A stretch of DNA of 64,000 bases, from the NCBI GenBank assembly GCA_964413715.1, contig CAYPSN010000005.1:1572-65571 (forward strand). The letters run 5' to 3'. Below the pieces are notes generated by a model that made no database searches, had not been told where the DNA came from, and worked only from the letters and a program-made list of their open reading frames with translations. Below, one piece after another: positions 37,490-46,819 of the stretch; position 1 is the first letter of the stretch, and every line of letters begins with the position of its first letter. Made by a program: the position numbers and the translations under genes. This DNA is from an uncultured Candidatus Saccharibacteria bacterium (GTDB lineage Bacteria; Patescibacteriota; Saccharimonadia; CAILAD01; JADZBC01).

Positions 37490-38293
37490 GTGCCGAAAGT
37501 TAAGATAATCTCATGGAATGTAAATGGTATTCGTGCTGTATTGCGCAAGGATGCGCTGCTACCGTTTCTTGAAAACAACCAGCCAGACATATTGTGCCTG
37601 CAGGAGACGAAGGCAAAGCGAGGGCAAGTCGAAATTGATTTGCCTGACTATTTTGAGTACTGGAATTCGGCGGAGCGGCCTGGATACTCTGGCACGGCCA
37701 TATTCAGCAAGACAAAGCCAATCAATGTATTAAATGGCCTACCGGAAGATATTATTGCCAAGTATGATATGGCCGATGGCTATGGTGACCCCAACGCCGA
37801 AGGCCGCGTCATGACGGCCGAATACGATAAATTTTACTTAGTAACAGTCTATACGCCAAATGCTAAAGATGATTTGTCGCGCATTCCGCTGCGGCACAAG
37901 CACTGGGATCCAGCGTTCCTGGAATACTGCAAGCAGCTCGAAACAACCAAGCCAGTGGTGTTTTGTGGAGATTTGAATGTTGCTCATACCGAAGACGACC
38001 TAGCGCGACCAAAACCTAACGTTGGCAAGAAGGGCTTTACTGATGAGGAACGAGAGGGTTTTCAGAACTTTATTAACGCCGGCTTTGTTGATACCCTGCG
38101 CCTCTTTTACAAAGGCAATGGGCACTATACTTGGTGGAGTCACTGGGGGAATGCTCGCGCTAACAACGTTGGTTGGCGAATAGATTATTTCTTGGTTTCA
38201 GATGTATTGAAATACAGAGTAAAGGCTGCCGAAATACACCCCGATGTGCTGGGGTCTGACCACTGCCCAGTTAGTATAAAGCTGGATATCTGA
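37490..38293 (+). CDS. xth: exodeoxyribonuclease III
   Basis: SWNVNGIRA, LQETK, GDLNVAH, WRIDY, SDHCP. Confidence 0.96.
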   Translation: MPKVKIISWNVNGIRAVLRKDALLPFLENNQPDILCLQETKAKRGQVEIDLPDYFEYWNSAERPGYSGTAIFSKTKPINVLNGLPEDIIAKYDMADGYGDPNAEGRVMTAEYDKFYLVTVYTPNAKDDLSRIPLRHKHWDPAFLEYCKQLETTKPVVFCGDLNVAHTEDDLARPKPNVGKKGFTDEEREGFQNFINAGFVDTLRLFYKGNGHYTWWSHWGNARANNVGWRIDYFLVSDVLKYRVKAAEIHPDVLGSDHCPVSIKLDI

Positions 38294-38309
38294 GGCCCAA
38301 CAAATGAGG

Positions 38310-38353
38310 GAGGCCCCCACATGAGATCAAAGCTGATCTTCCGTAGGGGCCTC
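38310..38353 (-). terminator. stacked hairpin 3' of the cmk-like gene
   Basis: GAGGCCCC/GGGGCCTC outer stem enclosing AGATCA/TGATCT. Confidence 0.6.
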
Positions 38354-38366
38354 GGTTGACAGGGGG

Positions 38367-39032
38367 CTACCGGAGGGCGTAATGCCTTGCTTGCACCATC
38401 TCCCAGAGGGCAACGATGTGGTTGGACACCTGGTCCACCGTCCAGGTGCTGGTGTCGATCTGGATGGCATCTGGGTGCTTGATCATCGGGGACGTCTCAC
38501 GGGTGGCGTCCTGATTGTTGCGCGCAATCAGGTCCTCCACGCTGCAGCCTCTGCGAGAAGCTGCGACGATGGGATCACACGTCAGCCAGATCTTGAGCTC
38601 GGCATCTGGTATCTCCCAGGCCCCTGCACGTCCTTCGATGATGCTGAGGGGGCGTTCGGCGATGAAGCGCCTCGCAAGATCTTCAACAACCCTGCGAACC
38701 TCTGGAATCTCCGCTACGTCGGGGACGAAACGGCCGATCTCAGGCGCGTGGAGGATGCCGGAGCAGTTGATCCCGTTGATGCTGCTCACACCGCCTTCGG
38801 CGAACTTGAGCTCGTATCCCCGGACGGTTCGACCCGCCAACTCAGGCTCTGCCTTCAGGTCAGTTCCTCCCCAGCCTTCATACATGAGCTGGAATGCGAA
38901 AGCGCGGTAGATCTCGCCGGAGTTGAGGTAGTCGCAGCCCAGCTTTCTACCAGTTGCTTCGCCATTCGAGCTGGTGCCCGTTCCTCCTCCTCCGTCGATG
39001 ACGATGACTCGCTGTTTTGCTCGAGAAGCCAT
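38367..39032 (-). CDS. cytidylate kinase-like protein with degenerate P-loop (GC-rich strong-SD class)
   Basis: VIDGGGGTGTSS, YLNSGEIYRA, VAEIPEVR, EGRA, KIWLTC, D..R..SP....DAI.IDTS; AAGGGAG SD; TTGCCT-17-TAGGAT promoter at 39104-39076. Confidence 0.85.
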   Translation of the reverse strand: MASRAKQRVIVIDGGGGTGTSSNGEATGRKLGCDYLNSGEIYRAFAFQLMYEGWGGTDLKAEPELAGRTVRGYELKFAEGGVSSINGINCSGILHAPEIGRFVPDVAEIPEVRRVVEDLARRFIAERPLSIIEGRAGAWEIPDAELKIWLTCDPIVAASRRGCSVEDLIARNNQDATRETSPMIKHPDAIQIDTSTWTVDQVSNHIVALWEMVQARHYALR

Positions 39033-39189
39033 GGCTTCTCCCTTCTTGATCGAGAGATGTAAGGGAACCAGATATATCCTACAATCATAATTTGAGCTAG
39101 GCAAGCAGGAGCATTAAGAGCTATACACTTGATCTGGAAGCAGTTTTTTGCTACAATCAGTACCAATTGTTTTAAAGTAGGAAATCGCA

Positions 39190-39363
39190 ATGGCAAAGAA
39201 AATGGCTCGCGAGCTAATAGTACTAAAGAACCCTAAGACGGGCACCCTGTACTTTACTCGCAAGAACAAGACAAACAGCCCCGACAAGATTAGTCTGAAG
39301 AAATTCGATAAGGCTACTCGCAAAGTCGAGGTCTTTACAGAAACGAAAATGAAGCTCGGCTAA
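39190..39363 (+). CDS. rpmG: 50S ribosomal protein L33 (not in ORF track)
   Basis: MAKKMARELIVL...YFTRKNKTNSPDKISLKKFD....VF.E.K, 57 aa. Confidence 0.92.
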   Translation: MAKKMARELIVLKNPKTGTLYFTRKNKTNSPDKISLKKFDKATRKVEVFTETKMKLG

Positions 39364-39378
39364 GCCCGAGCTTTTTTA
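39351..39378 (+). terminator. intrinsic terminator overlapping the rpmG stop
   Basis: AAGCTCGG/CCGAGCTT followed by a T-tract. Confidence 0.75.
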
Positions 39379-39406
39379 TTGGCCTGCTATCTGGTATCAT
39401 ACGACT

Positions 39407-40081
39407 ATGAAGAAGAATTTGAGCCCAATTTTAGCAACCGTTGCCATTGTCGGCGTAATATTATTCGTTGTATTCGCAGTTCTTAATCCAAAAAATGACA
39501 GTAGCCCATCAGACAAGTCTGACAAGGCCAAAGTTGTTGCGAACGATCAGCAGAAAGCACAGATGGAACAGGGGAATAGCAAAGGCAACCTTAATTCTAA
39601 AGTGGTTGTGACGGAATTTGGTGATTTTCAATGCCCCGCCTGTCAGACTATCGAAGAGTCTCTTAACGCTTCATTTTTCCCTAAATACGGAGACAAGGTT
39701 AAATTCGTTTTTAAACATTTTCCCCTTACGCAAATACACAAAAATGCGCTTAGTTCGGCTTATGCCGCAGAAGCCGCAGCGTTGCAAGGTAAGTTCTGGG
39801 AGATGCATGACCTGCTCTATAAAAATCAAGATGCCTGGAGTGAGCTCAGTAACCCGCAGCCAAAGTACAACGAATATGCTGCCCAAATTGGCCTAGATGT
39901 CACAAAGTTCAAAAATGATGTCGCTGCTAGTGCAGTGAAGTCGGTCGTTAACACTGATAAAAAACTAGGTGAGGATCTTAAGTTACCCGGTACTCCAAGC
40001 TTCTTCGTGAACGGTAACTACATCGAACTGACCTCTCTAACAGACTTAACAAATGCGGTTGACCAAGCACTTGCGCAGTAA
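39407..40081 (+). CDS. DsbA-family thiol:disulfide oxidoreductase
   Basis: N-terminal TM; EFGDFQCPAC, FKHFPL, QGKFWEMHD, GTPSFFVNG. Confidence 0.93.
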   Translation: MKKNLSPILATVAIVGVILFVVFAVLNPKNDSSPSDKSDKAKVVANDQQKAQMEQGNSKGNLNSKVVVTEFGDFQCPACQTIEESLNASFFPKYGDKVKFVFKHFPLTQIHKNALSSAYAAEAAALQGKFWEMHDLLYKNQDAWSELSNPQPKYNEYAAQIGLDVTKFKNDVAASAVKSVVNTDKKLGEDLKLPGTPSFFVNGNYIELTSLTDLTNAVDQALAQ

Positions 40082-40511
40082 GTTGCTCAGCATAGTAATT
40101 ATTGTTTTAGCTGCTGTAGGTGTGTTTGACGCAGCGCTTCTAACGAAAGAACATTATGCTGGCACATTCTTGCCTTGCACGATTACAAAGGGTTGTGATG
40201 TAGTGCTATCGAGCAAATATTCCGAGGTATTCGGTATTCCTTTGGCCCTTTTTGGTGTCGTGTTTTATATTGCAGTCTTAACTTTGGCCCTGGTGTATTT
40301 TTATAATCAAACCATAATTGCTAAGCGCGTATTGTTACTACTCGGCAGCATAGGTTTTGCCTCATCGCTCGTGCTCGTGTATATCCAGGGTGCTGTATTG
40401 CGCGCCTGGTGCCAGTACTGCTTGCTTTCTGCCCTCACATCTACGTTAATTTTTGTGAGTGTCGTTGTGTTAAATCTAATGAAGGAGAAACAGAACAATG
40501 CCAAGTCTTGA
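40053..40511 (+). CDS. VKOR family protein (likely DsbA partner)
   Basis: C....GCDVVLSSKYSEVFGIP; WCQYC. Confidence 0.9.
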   Translation: MRLTKHLRSKLLSIVIIVLAAVGVFDAALLTKEHYAGTFLPCTITKGCDVVLSSKYSEVFGIPLALFGVVFYIAVLTLALVYFYNQTIIAKRVLLLLGSIGFASSLVLVYIQGAVLRAWCQYCLLSALTSTLIFVSVVVLNLMKEKQNNAKS

Positions 40512-40827
40512 CCATATTATTGAATTTTACGGAGAAACCTGTCCTCACTGCATTGCCCTGCGACCGGTGGTTGAAGACTTAGAAAAAGAACTCGGCAAGT
40601 CCATCCAGAAAAAAGAAGTCTGGAACAACGAGGCCAACAAGAAACTCATGATGAAATACGAAGATATTATCGGTGAAGCCTGTGGTGGCTTTGCGGCCGT
40701 GCCGGCAATAGTAAACACCAAAACCAATCAGGCGCTCTGCGGCATGCATGACAAGGCTGACATTAAGAACCTGATCGAAGGCGGCGACTGTGCTAACAAC
40801 ACGTGCAAACCGCACTCCAAGCTCTAG
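40498..40827 (+). CDS. thioredoxin-like protein
   Basis: FYGETCPHC, KEVWNNEAN, CGG...VP. Confidence 0.85.
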   Translation: MPSLDHIIEFYGETCPHCIALRPVVEDLEKELGKSIQKKEVWNNEANKKLMMKYEDIIGEACGGFAAVPAIVNTKTNQALCGMHDKADIKNLIEGGDCANNTCKPHSKL

Positions 40828-40887
40828 GCTTTACTCGATCAAAAGAGTACAATGTAAGCATAAGAACTGAGAAATAAAGGAGGGTGT

Positions 40888-41901
40888 ATGGCGCTCACTC
40901 GAGTTGCTATTAATGGGTTTGGTCGTATTGGTCGAAATGCATTTAAGTTGGCTATGGCGAATCCTGCCCTGGAAGTAGTTGCCATCAATGATCTAACCGA
41001 TACAGCTACGCTGGCACACCTCCTTAAGTACGACAGCAACTACGGCGAATATCATCAGGACATCATTGCCGGACAAGACTTTTTAGAGGTCCAAGGGAAA
41101 AAAGTCGTTGTCAGCGCTATCAAGGAGCCAGACAAGTTGCCATGGAAAAAGCTTGAAGTTGATGTGGTGATCGAGTCGACTGGACGATTTACTACACACA
41201 AAGACCTCAAACTACACCTGTCTGCCGGAGCTAAGAAAGTGGTGCTTTCTGCTCCAGAGAAGGACGACACTTACGGCGATACATACGTGATTGGCGCAAA
41301 TGAGCAGACACTCCAGCCGACTCAAAACATTATTTCAAATGCCTCTTGCACAACCAACTGTATTGCGCCAGTTATGGCAGTTTTAGAAAAAGAACTGGGT
41401 GTGGCAAAGTCGCTTATGACCACCGTGCATTCATACACCGCCAGTCAAATGTTACAGGACGGCCCTGCCAAAGACTTGCGTGAGGCTCGTGCAGCTGCTC
41501 AAAACATCGTCCCTACTACGACGGGCGCGGCCATCGCGGCAGCCTTGACGGTGCCAAGCCTCAAAAACCGCTTCGATGGACTCAGCGTGCGGGTGCCTTC
41601 GCCAGTGGTTTCGCTGAGTGACATTACATTTGTAGCGAAGCGTAAAACCAGCGTAGAAGAAGTGAATAAAATTCTCTCTCACGCTGCTGCTACGAGCCAT
41701 CGTGGGATTATTCGAGTGAGTGAAGAAGAGCTGGTGTCGGTTGACTACAAGGGCGATGCTCATTCTGCAATCGTTGATGCAAAATTAACAAACGTTGTGG
41801 CGGGTGACTTGGTTAAAGTGGTCGCATGGTATGACAATGAATGGGGCTACTCGAATCGCTTGGTCGAGATGGTCGAGTTGGCAGGTAATTCAATACGATA
41901 A
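40888..41901 (+). CDS. gap: glyceraldehyde-3-phosphate dehydrogenase, type I
   Basis: INGFGRIGR, SNASCTTNC, WYDNEWGYS; AGGAGG SD. Confidence 0.98.
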   Translation: MALTRVAINGFGRIGRNAFKLAMANPALEVVAINDLTDTATLAHLLKYDSNYGEYHQDIIAGQDFLEVQGKKVVVSAIKEPDKLPWKKLEVDVVIESTGRFTTHKDLKLHLSAGAKKVVLSAPEKDDTYGDTYVIGANEQTLQPTQNIISNASCTTNCIAPVMAVLEKELGVAKSLMTTVHSYTASQMLQDGPAKDLREARAAAQNIVPTTTGAAIAAALTVPSLKNRFDGLSVRVPSPVVSLSDITFVAKRKTSVEEVNKILSHAAATSHRGIIRVSEEELVSVDYKGDAHSAIVDAKLTNVVAGDLVKVVAWYDNEWGYSNRLVEMVELAGNSIR

Positions 41902-41903
41902 GC

Positions 41904-42353
41904 ATGAATATTTACATCGCATCAGATCACGCAGGATACACGAAAAAACGTCATTTAGCTGACGCTCTAAGTGCTAATTATAACGTGGTTGATCTTGGGC
42001 CTGAGCAACTTAACCCCGGAGACGACTATCCGATTTTTGCAGAAAGGGTGGCTCGAGCAGTGGTTGGTGATCCTGGTAGCCGAGGAATTTTGGTCTGTGA
42101 CAGCGGACAGGGCATGGAAATAGCCGCCAACAAAGTCGATGGTGTGCGAGCCGCAGTTGCCTGGAATGAACACGTTGCGTTTGAGACACGCCGCGATAAC
42201 GACAGCAATGTTTTGAGCTTGCCGGCCGGAGAGCTCAACGAAGAAGAGCTGCTGGCGGTCAGCAAGGTATGGCTCGAAACTGACTTTTCCGAAGAAGAGC
42301 GGCACAGGCGCCGTTTGCAAGAAATCACAGATATTGAACAAGAAGATGACTAA
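41904..42353 (+). CDS. rpiB: ribose-5-phosphate isomerase B
   Basis: IASDHAG, DDYP, C.SGQGMEIAANK..G.RAA, RHRRR. Confidence 0.92.
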   Translation: MNIYIASDHAGYTKKRHLADALSANYNVVDLGPEQLNPGDDYPIFAERVARAVVGDPGSRGILVCDSGQGMEIAANKVDGVRAAVAWNEHVAFETRRDNDSNVLSLPAGELNEEELLAVSKVWLETDFSEEERHRRRLQEITDIEQEDD

Positions 42354-42978
42354 GATAGTGCCCGCCTTACTGGTAAAAACAGCTCAGGAGTATCACGACA
42401 AGATACGACTTGTCCGTCAGTTGACAGATCGCTATCAGCTAGATGTGATCGACCCGGAATACGCAGATAATCCCACCCTCGACCTCAGCGACATCGAGCC
42501 ACGTTTGGACCTACAGTGCGATGTGCATATTATGTCTTTTCACCCGCAGCACTACATCGAGTCTGCCTTACGGTTGCGGCCGCATATGGTCATTCTGCAA
42601 TTTGAGCAAGCTGAAAATATTGAGGCTTGCATTGCCTCCATTAAGCGCCGGGGTACGGTAAAAGTTGGCCTTGCAATCAACCCGCAAACAGAAGTCGAGG
42701 CTGTTGCGCATTTATTTGCCGAGCTTGACCATATTTTAATAATGGCCTACTCGGCAGGTTTTGCTGGGCAAAAACTTCAGCCGAAGATACTTAAAAAAGT
42801 TGCGCACGTGCGAGAGCTGGCACCAAACGTTGAAGTCGGCCTAGATGGCGGTGTTTCTGACGATACGCTAGCGCGTATTGCTAAATGCCATTTCGACGTG
42901 GTGAACGTTAACTCGTTCTTGTTCCAAACTGATGATGTGCTCGGTCGGTATTCAAAACTACTCGAGGAATTATCATGA
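42346..42978 (+). CDS. rpe: ribulose-phosphate 3-epimerase
   Basis: IVPALL, DVHIM, GLAINPQT, GFAGQ, DGG. Confidence 0.85.
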   Translation: MTKIVPALLVKTAQEYHDKIRLVRQLTDRYQLDVIDPEYADNPTLDLSDIEPRLDLQCDVHIMSFHPQHYIESALRLRPHMVILQFEQAENIEACIASIKRRGTVKVGLAINPQTEVEAVAHLFAELDHILIMAYSAGFAGQKLQPKILKKVAHVRELAPNVEVGLDGGVSDDTLARIAKCHFDVVNVNSFLFQTDDVLGRYSKLLEELS

Positions 42979-43847
42979 ACGACATCGCTATTGAAGAGCT
43001 AGAGCTGAAGGCCAACATAATTCGCCAGGACATTATTAAGATGCTACTGCAGGCGGGGAGTGGCCATACCGCTGGCCCCCTGGGTATGGCCGATGTTTTT
43101 GCTGCGCTCTACTTCCATGTTCTAAAGCATGACGCCAAACGGCCAGACTGGAGCGAACGTGATCGATTGGTGGTTTCAAATGGGCACATTGCTCCTGTTA
43201 TATATGCCACACTTGCCGAGGCTGGCTACTTTGATAAAGACGAGCTCATGACACTGAGAAAGTTTGGCAGTCGTCTGCAAGGTCACCCGGAAAGAGAAAG
43301 GCTGCCGGGTCTTGAAACGACAAGTGGCCCATTGGGGAGTGGCCTAAGTCAAGCTGTGGGAATGGCGATTGCACTGCGTATGGGGTCTAGCAGTGGTCAG
43401 CACGTTTATTGCATTACTGGTGATGGTGAGCTAGATGAGGGGAATATTTGGGAGGCAGCCATGCTTGCTGGCAAGCGGCAGCTGTCAAATCTGACGGTGA
43501 TTGTTGACCGTAATCACATTCAAATTGATGGGCCGACAGAGATGATTATGCCCTTGGAGCCGCTAGCCCTCAAATGGCAGGCATTCAACTGGCATGTCGT
43601 AGAGATTAATGGTCATGATATGTCAGAAATCATTTCGGCCTGCGACAAGGCACGGGTGGTGCACGGTCACCCAACCTGCATCATCGCGCATACCGTCCCG
43701 GGTAAAGGTGTTGATTTTATGGAAAATGATTATCATTGGCATGGCTACGATCCAGCGGGTGACAAGCAGCAGCAAATCAAAGACTATCGCCTGGCACTCG
43801 AAAAATTACGCACGCTTAACGGCAGGATTAGGAGTGAGCACGAATGA
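42975..43847 (+). CDS. transketolase, N-terminal subunit
   Basis: SNGH, LQGHP, GPLGSGLS, GDGELDEG..WEA TPP motif. Confidence 0.95.
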   Translation: MNDIAIEELELKANIIRQDIIKMLLQAGSGHTAGPLGMADVFAALYFHVLKHDAKRPDWSERDRLVVSNGHIAPVIYATLAEAGYFDKDELMTLRKFGSRLQGHPERERLPGLETTSGPLGSGLSQAVGMAIALRMGSSSGQHVYCITGDGELDEGNIWEAAMLAGKRQLSNLTVIVDRNHIQIDGPTEMIMPLEPLALKWQAFNWHVVEINGHDMSEIISACDKARVVHGHPTCIIAHTVPGKGVDFMENDYHWHGYDPAGDKQQQIKDYRLALEKLRTLNGRIRSEHE

Positions 43848-44833
43848 TCGTTGAGCGCCAAAATTTGAACCAAGATATGTTCTCGCCCAAAGTGGAATAT
43901 GCGCCTATTAGAAAAGGGTTTGGTGAAGGTTTGGTGCAGCTGGGCCGAGAAGATGATTGCGTGGTCGCTTTGTGTGCCGACCTTACAGAGTCGACGCAGA
44001 TGCATCTGTTCCGCGATGAATTTCCTGACCGTTTTGTCGAAGTGGGTATAGCTGAGCAAAATTTAGTAACAGTAGCGAGCGGTATGGCTGCTGCGGGCAA
44101 AATGCCGTTTGTGAGTAGCTATGCCGCCTTCTCGCCTGGTAGAAATTGGGAACAAATACGCACCACCATTGCGCTCAATAACCAGCCAGTCATTATCGCT
44201 GGTTCTCATGCCGGTTTGTCGGTTGGCCCAGATGGCGCGACGCACCAAATGCTTGAAGATATTGCGCTGATGCGTTCGCTACCAAACATGACGGTACTTG
44301 TGCCAACTGATACGCACGAAGCACATCGCGCTGTTGTGGCCGCTGCGCAGTTGCGTAAGCCAGTCTACATCCGCTTAGCGCGAGAAAAAACTGCCGTTGT
44401 TACCTCGCCAGATTCTCCATTTGAGATTGGCAAGGCACAGGTTTACCAAGAGGGTGAAGACGTTACGATACTTGCCTGTGGTCCTTTGGTTCATGAGGCT
44501 ATGTTGGCAGCTAAGCAGCTTGAGAACGCGGGAGTGTCGACAGAAGTCGTAAATGTTGCGACTATTAAGCCACTTGATAAAAAGACAATTCTGGAGAGTA
44601 CAAAAAAGACTGGCGCAGTCGTTACGGTCGAGGAGGGCCAAATTACTGGCGGCCTAGGCGGGGCAGTTTGTGAATTGTTGAGCGAGCATTACCCACTGCC
44701 CGTTGAGCGGGTGGGCGTGCGAGACCTGTTTGGTCAGTCTGGCATAGTTTCGGAGCTTTGGGGGGCATATGGCATTGATGCCGAGCATATTGCTCAAGCG
44801 GCACGAAGGGTAATCGAAAGGAAGGCATTATGA
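43844..44833 (+). CDS. transketolase, C-terminal subunit
   Basis: EVGIAEQN, GPDGATHQ, PVYIRL, IKPLD. Confidence 0.95.
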   Translation: MIVERQNLNQDMFSPKVEYAPIRKGFGEGLVQLGREDDCVVALCADLTESTQMHLFRDEFPDRFVEVGIAEQNLVTVASGMAAAGKMPFVSSYAAFSPGRNWEQIRTTIALNNQPVIIAGSHAGLSVGPDGATHQMLEDIALMRSLPNMTVLVPTDTHEAHRAVVAAAQLRKPVYIRLAREKTAVVTSPDSPFEIGKAQVYQEGEDVTILACGPLVHEAMLAAKQLENAGVSTEVVNVATIKPLDKKTILESTKKTGAVVTVEEGQITGGLGGAVCELLSEHYPLPVERVGVRDLFGQSGIVSELWGAYGIDAEHIAQAARRVIERKAL

Positions 44834-45783
44834 ACATTCAAGTAGTTTGCGTGGGGCCGGTGTATGGCGAAATAGTTTATACCACAAAGTCGCTAGAAGT
44901 TAACATGCTGCCAGATCGATTACGCACATTTGTAGCCAACCAAGCTCGAGTCAGTGCTTCTGATGCGCAAATAGGCTGTGGTGGCGGTGGTTATATCGCG
45001 GCGGCTACACTCGCTAAACTTGGTGTGTCGACAGCCTTTGTGTGCAAGCTAGGCCAAGATAGTTTTGGCTGCGAAGTGGTTCGTAAGCTCAAAGAGTGCA
45101 AGGTTGAAATATCGCAAGCCCAACAGACTACACATCTGGCGACGGGGGTTCAGACCACCATTCGTTCGCCCAAAGATGATAGTTTTGAAGTCAGTACTAC
45201 GGCTTTTGCTCCAAGCTTTGAGCGCAAAAATGCGTCACTACCAAGCGCCGAGTGGCTGTACCTTAGCGGCCCATTTAAAGATCTTGCTGACCTCAAGGTT
45301 CTGCTGACAGAAGCCGAGCGACTCGGCATGCGTACGTGCATTAGGCTAGAGCGAACTGACTTAGCAAATGCCAGAAAACTTATTAAGATTCTGCAAAAGG
45401 CAGACGTGTGTTGCTTCGAGCAGGATGACGCTGAGCTCCTAACCCACCAGCCTGATCCGCGCCTCATTCTTGAGTCACTGCGGTCGAGTGGGCTTAAGAC
45501 GCTTCTTCTGCAGGATGGCGTCGCTGCTGGCTATGCTTTGCACGATGGGTATTGTTATCGCACAAAAGCGAAGTCGAAACTCAAATACATTAACAAACTG
45601 GGCGTTTCAGAAGTCTTTGCCCCGGCGTTTTTGGCGAGCAATTTAAGTAGCGCTTCTGTTGAATCAAGTCTTGATTTTGCTCTTTTAGCTGCACGATCGG
45701 TTGCTCATTTTGTAGGTTCAGAGGCTGGCTTGCTACAGAATATTCCCCATCGACCTGGGAAAGTGGCGAAAGACTTCATATAA
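44830..45783 (+). CDS. PfkB-fold protein, catalytically degenerate
   Basis: GGGGY.AA..LAKLG, KLGQDSFG, WLYLSG; LGVSEVF in place of TGAGD.F. Confidence 0.75.
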   Translation: MNIQVVCVGPVYGEIVYTTKSLEVNMLPDRLRTFVANQARVSASDAQIGCGGGGYIAAATLAKLGVSTAFVCKLGQDSFGCEVVRKLKECKVEISQAQQTTHLATGVQTTIRSPKDDSFEVSTTAFAPSFERKNASLPSAEWLYLSGPFKDLADLKVLLTEAERLGMRTCIRLERTDLANARKLIKILQKADVCCFEQDDAELLTHQPDPRLILESLRSSGLKTLLLQDGVAAGYALHDGYCYRTKAKSKLKYINKLGVSEVFAPAFLASNLSSASVESSLDFALLAARSVAHFVGSEAGLLQNIPHRPGKVAKDFI

Positions 45784-45802
45784 TATGAGACAGGAGAAGC
45801 AT

Positions 45803-46819
45803 ATGAATTATGGAATTGATATATTGGCCGTAGGAGACGTCGTTACAGATGCTTTTATTCGCCTGGGTAAGCATGAGGCCGAAGTTGACCAAGACGTTCG
45901 AGATAAGCACCCCTTGCTCTGCATGACGTATGGCACAAAGATACCATTTGAAGAAGTTGTGGTTGTTCCAGCGGTGGGTAATAGCGCCAATGCTGCAGTG
46001 GCTGCAGCCAAGCTTGATTTGCGTGTAGCGTTTTATAGTAACATTGGCGATGACCAAACTGGCAAAGATATTCTTAGGGCGCTTCATAAGCAAAAAATAT
46101 CCACTGAATACATCACCATTCACGACGACATGAAGTCCAATTACCACTATGTGCTCTGGTACGGAGCTGATAGAACCATACTTATTAAGCACGAAGAGTA
46201 TCGCTACCATTGGCCAAAAATTTCGCAACACAACAAGCCGCAGTGGATATATTTAAGCTCGATTGGTGAGTCTGCACTTGGCTTGCATGATGACATTGCA
46301 GACTATTTGGCTAAAAACGATGATGTAAAGTTGGCTTTTCAGCCGGGCACGTTTCAAATGAGGTTGGGCTCGAAGCGCTTAAAGAAACTGTATGGACAGA
46401 CCTATGTCTTAGCTTGCAATAAGCAAGAGGCTCAGCAAATAACTGAATCAAGCAGTGATGACATGAAGACTTTATTTAAGGGCCTACATGCTTTAGGGCC
46501 GAAGATTGTAGTTATTACGGATGGCCCAGCCGGCAGTTTTGCTTCGGATGGCAGTAGTGTATGGAGTATGCCGATTTATCCAGACCCAGCGCCGCCAGTG
46601 GAGCGCACTGGAGCGGGCGATTCGTATACCGCTACATTCGTCGCGGCGCTTGCTAAGGGTAAAGATGTGCCAACCGCTATGGCCTGGGGATCAATTAACT
46701 CTATGAATGTTGTGCAACACATTGGGGCGCAAGCCGGGTTGTTGCACGAAGATGAGATAAAAAAGTTCTTGAGCAAGGCACCAAAGAATTTCGTGGCTCA
46801 TAAAGAGGCAAGTAAATAA
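45803..46819 (+). CDS. PfkB-family carbohydrate kinase
   Basis: VGNSANAAV, IGDDQTG, VITDG..G, ERTGAGDSY; AGGAG SD. Confidence 0.92.
   Translation: MNYGIDILAVGDVVTDAFIRLGKHEAEVDQDVRDKHPLLCMTYGTKIPFEEVVVVPAVGNSANAAVAAAKLDLRVAFYSNIGDDQTGKDILRALHKQKISTEYITIHDDMKSNYHYVLWYGADRTILIKHEEYRYHWPKISQHNKPQWIYLSSIGESALGLHDDIADYLAKNDDVKLAFQPGTFQMRLGSKRLKKLYGQTYVLACNKQEAQQITESSSDDMKTLFKGLHALGPKIVVITDGPAGSFASDGSSVWSMPIYPDPAPPVERTGAGDSYTATFVAALAKGKDVPTAMAWGSINSMNVVQHIGAQAGLLHEDEIKKFLSKAPKNFVAHKEASK

Noticed and set aside
38382-39062. 226-aa plus-strand ORF opposite the cmk-like gene
   Set aside because: Antisense shadow; the minus strand carries the Cmk motifs, SD and promoter
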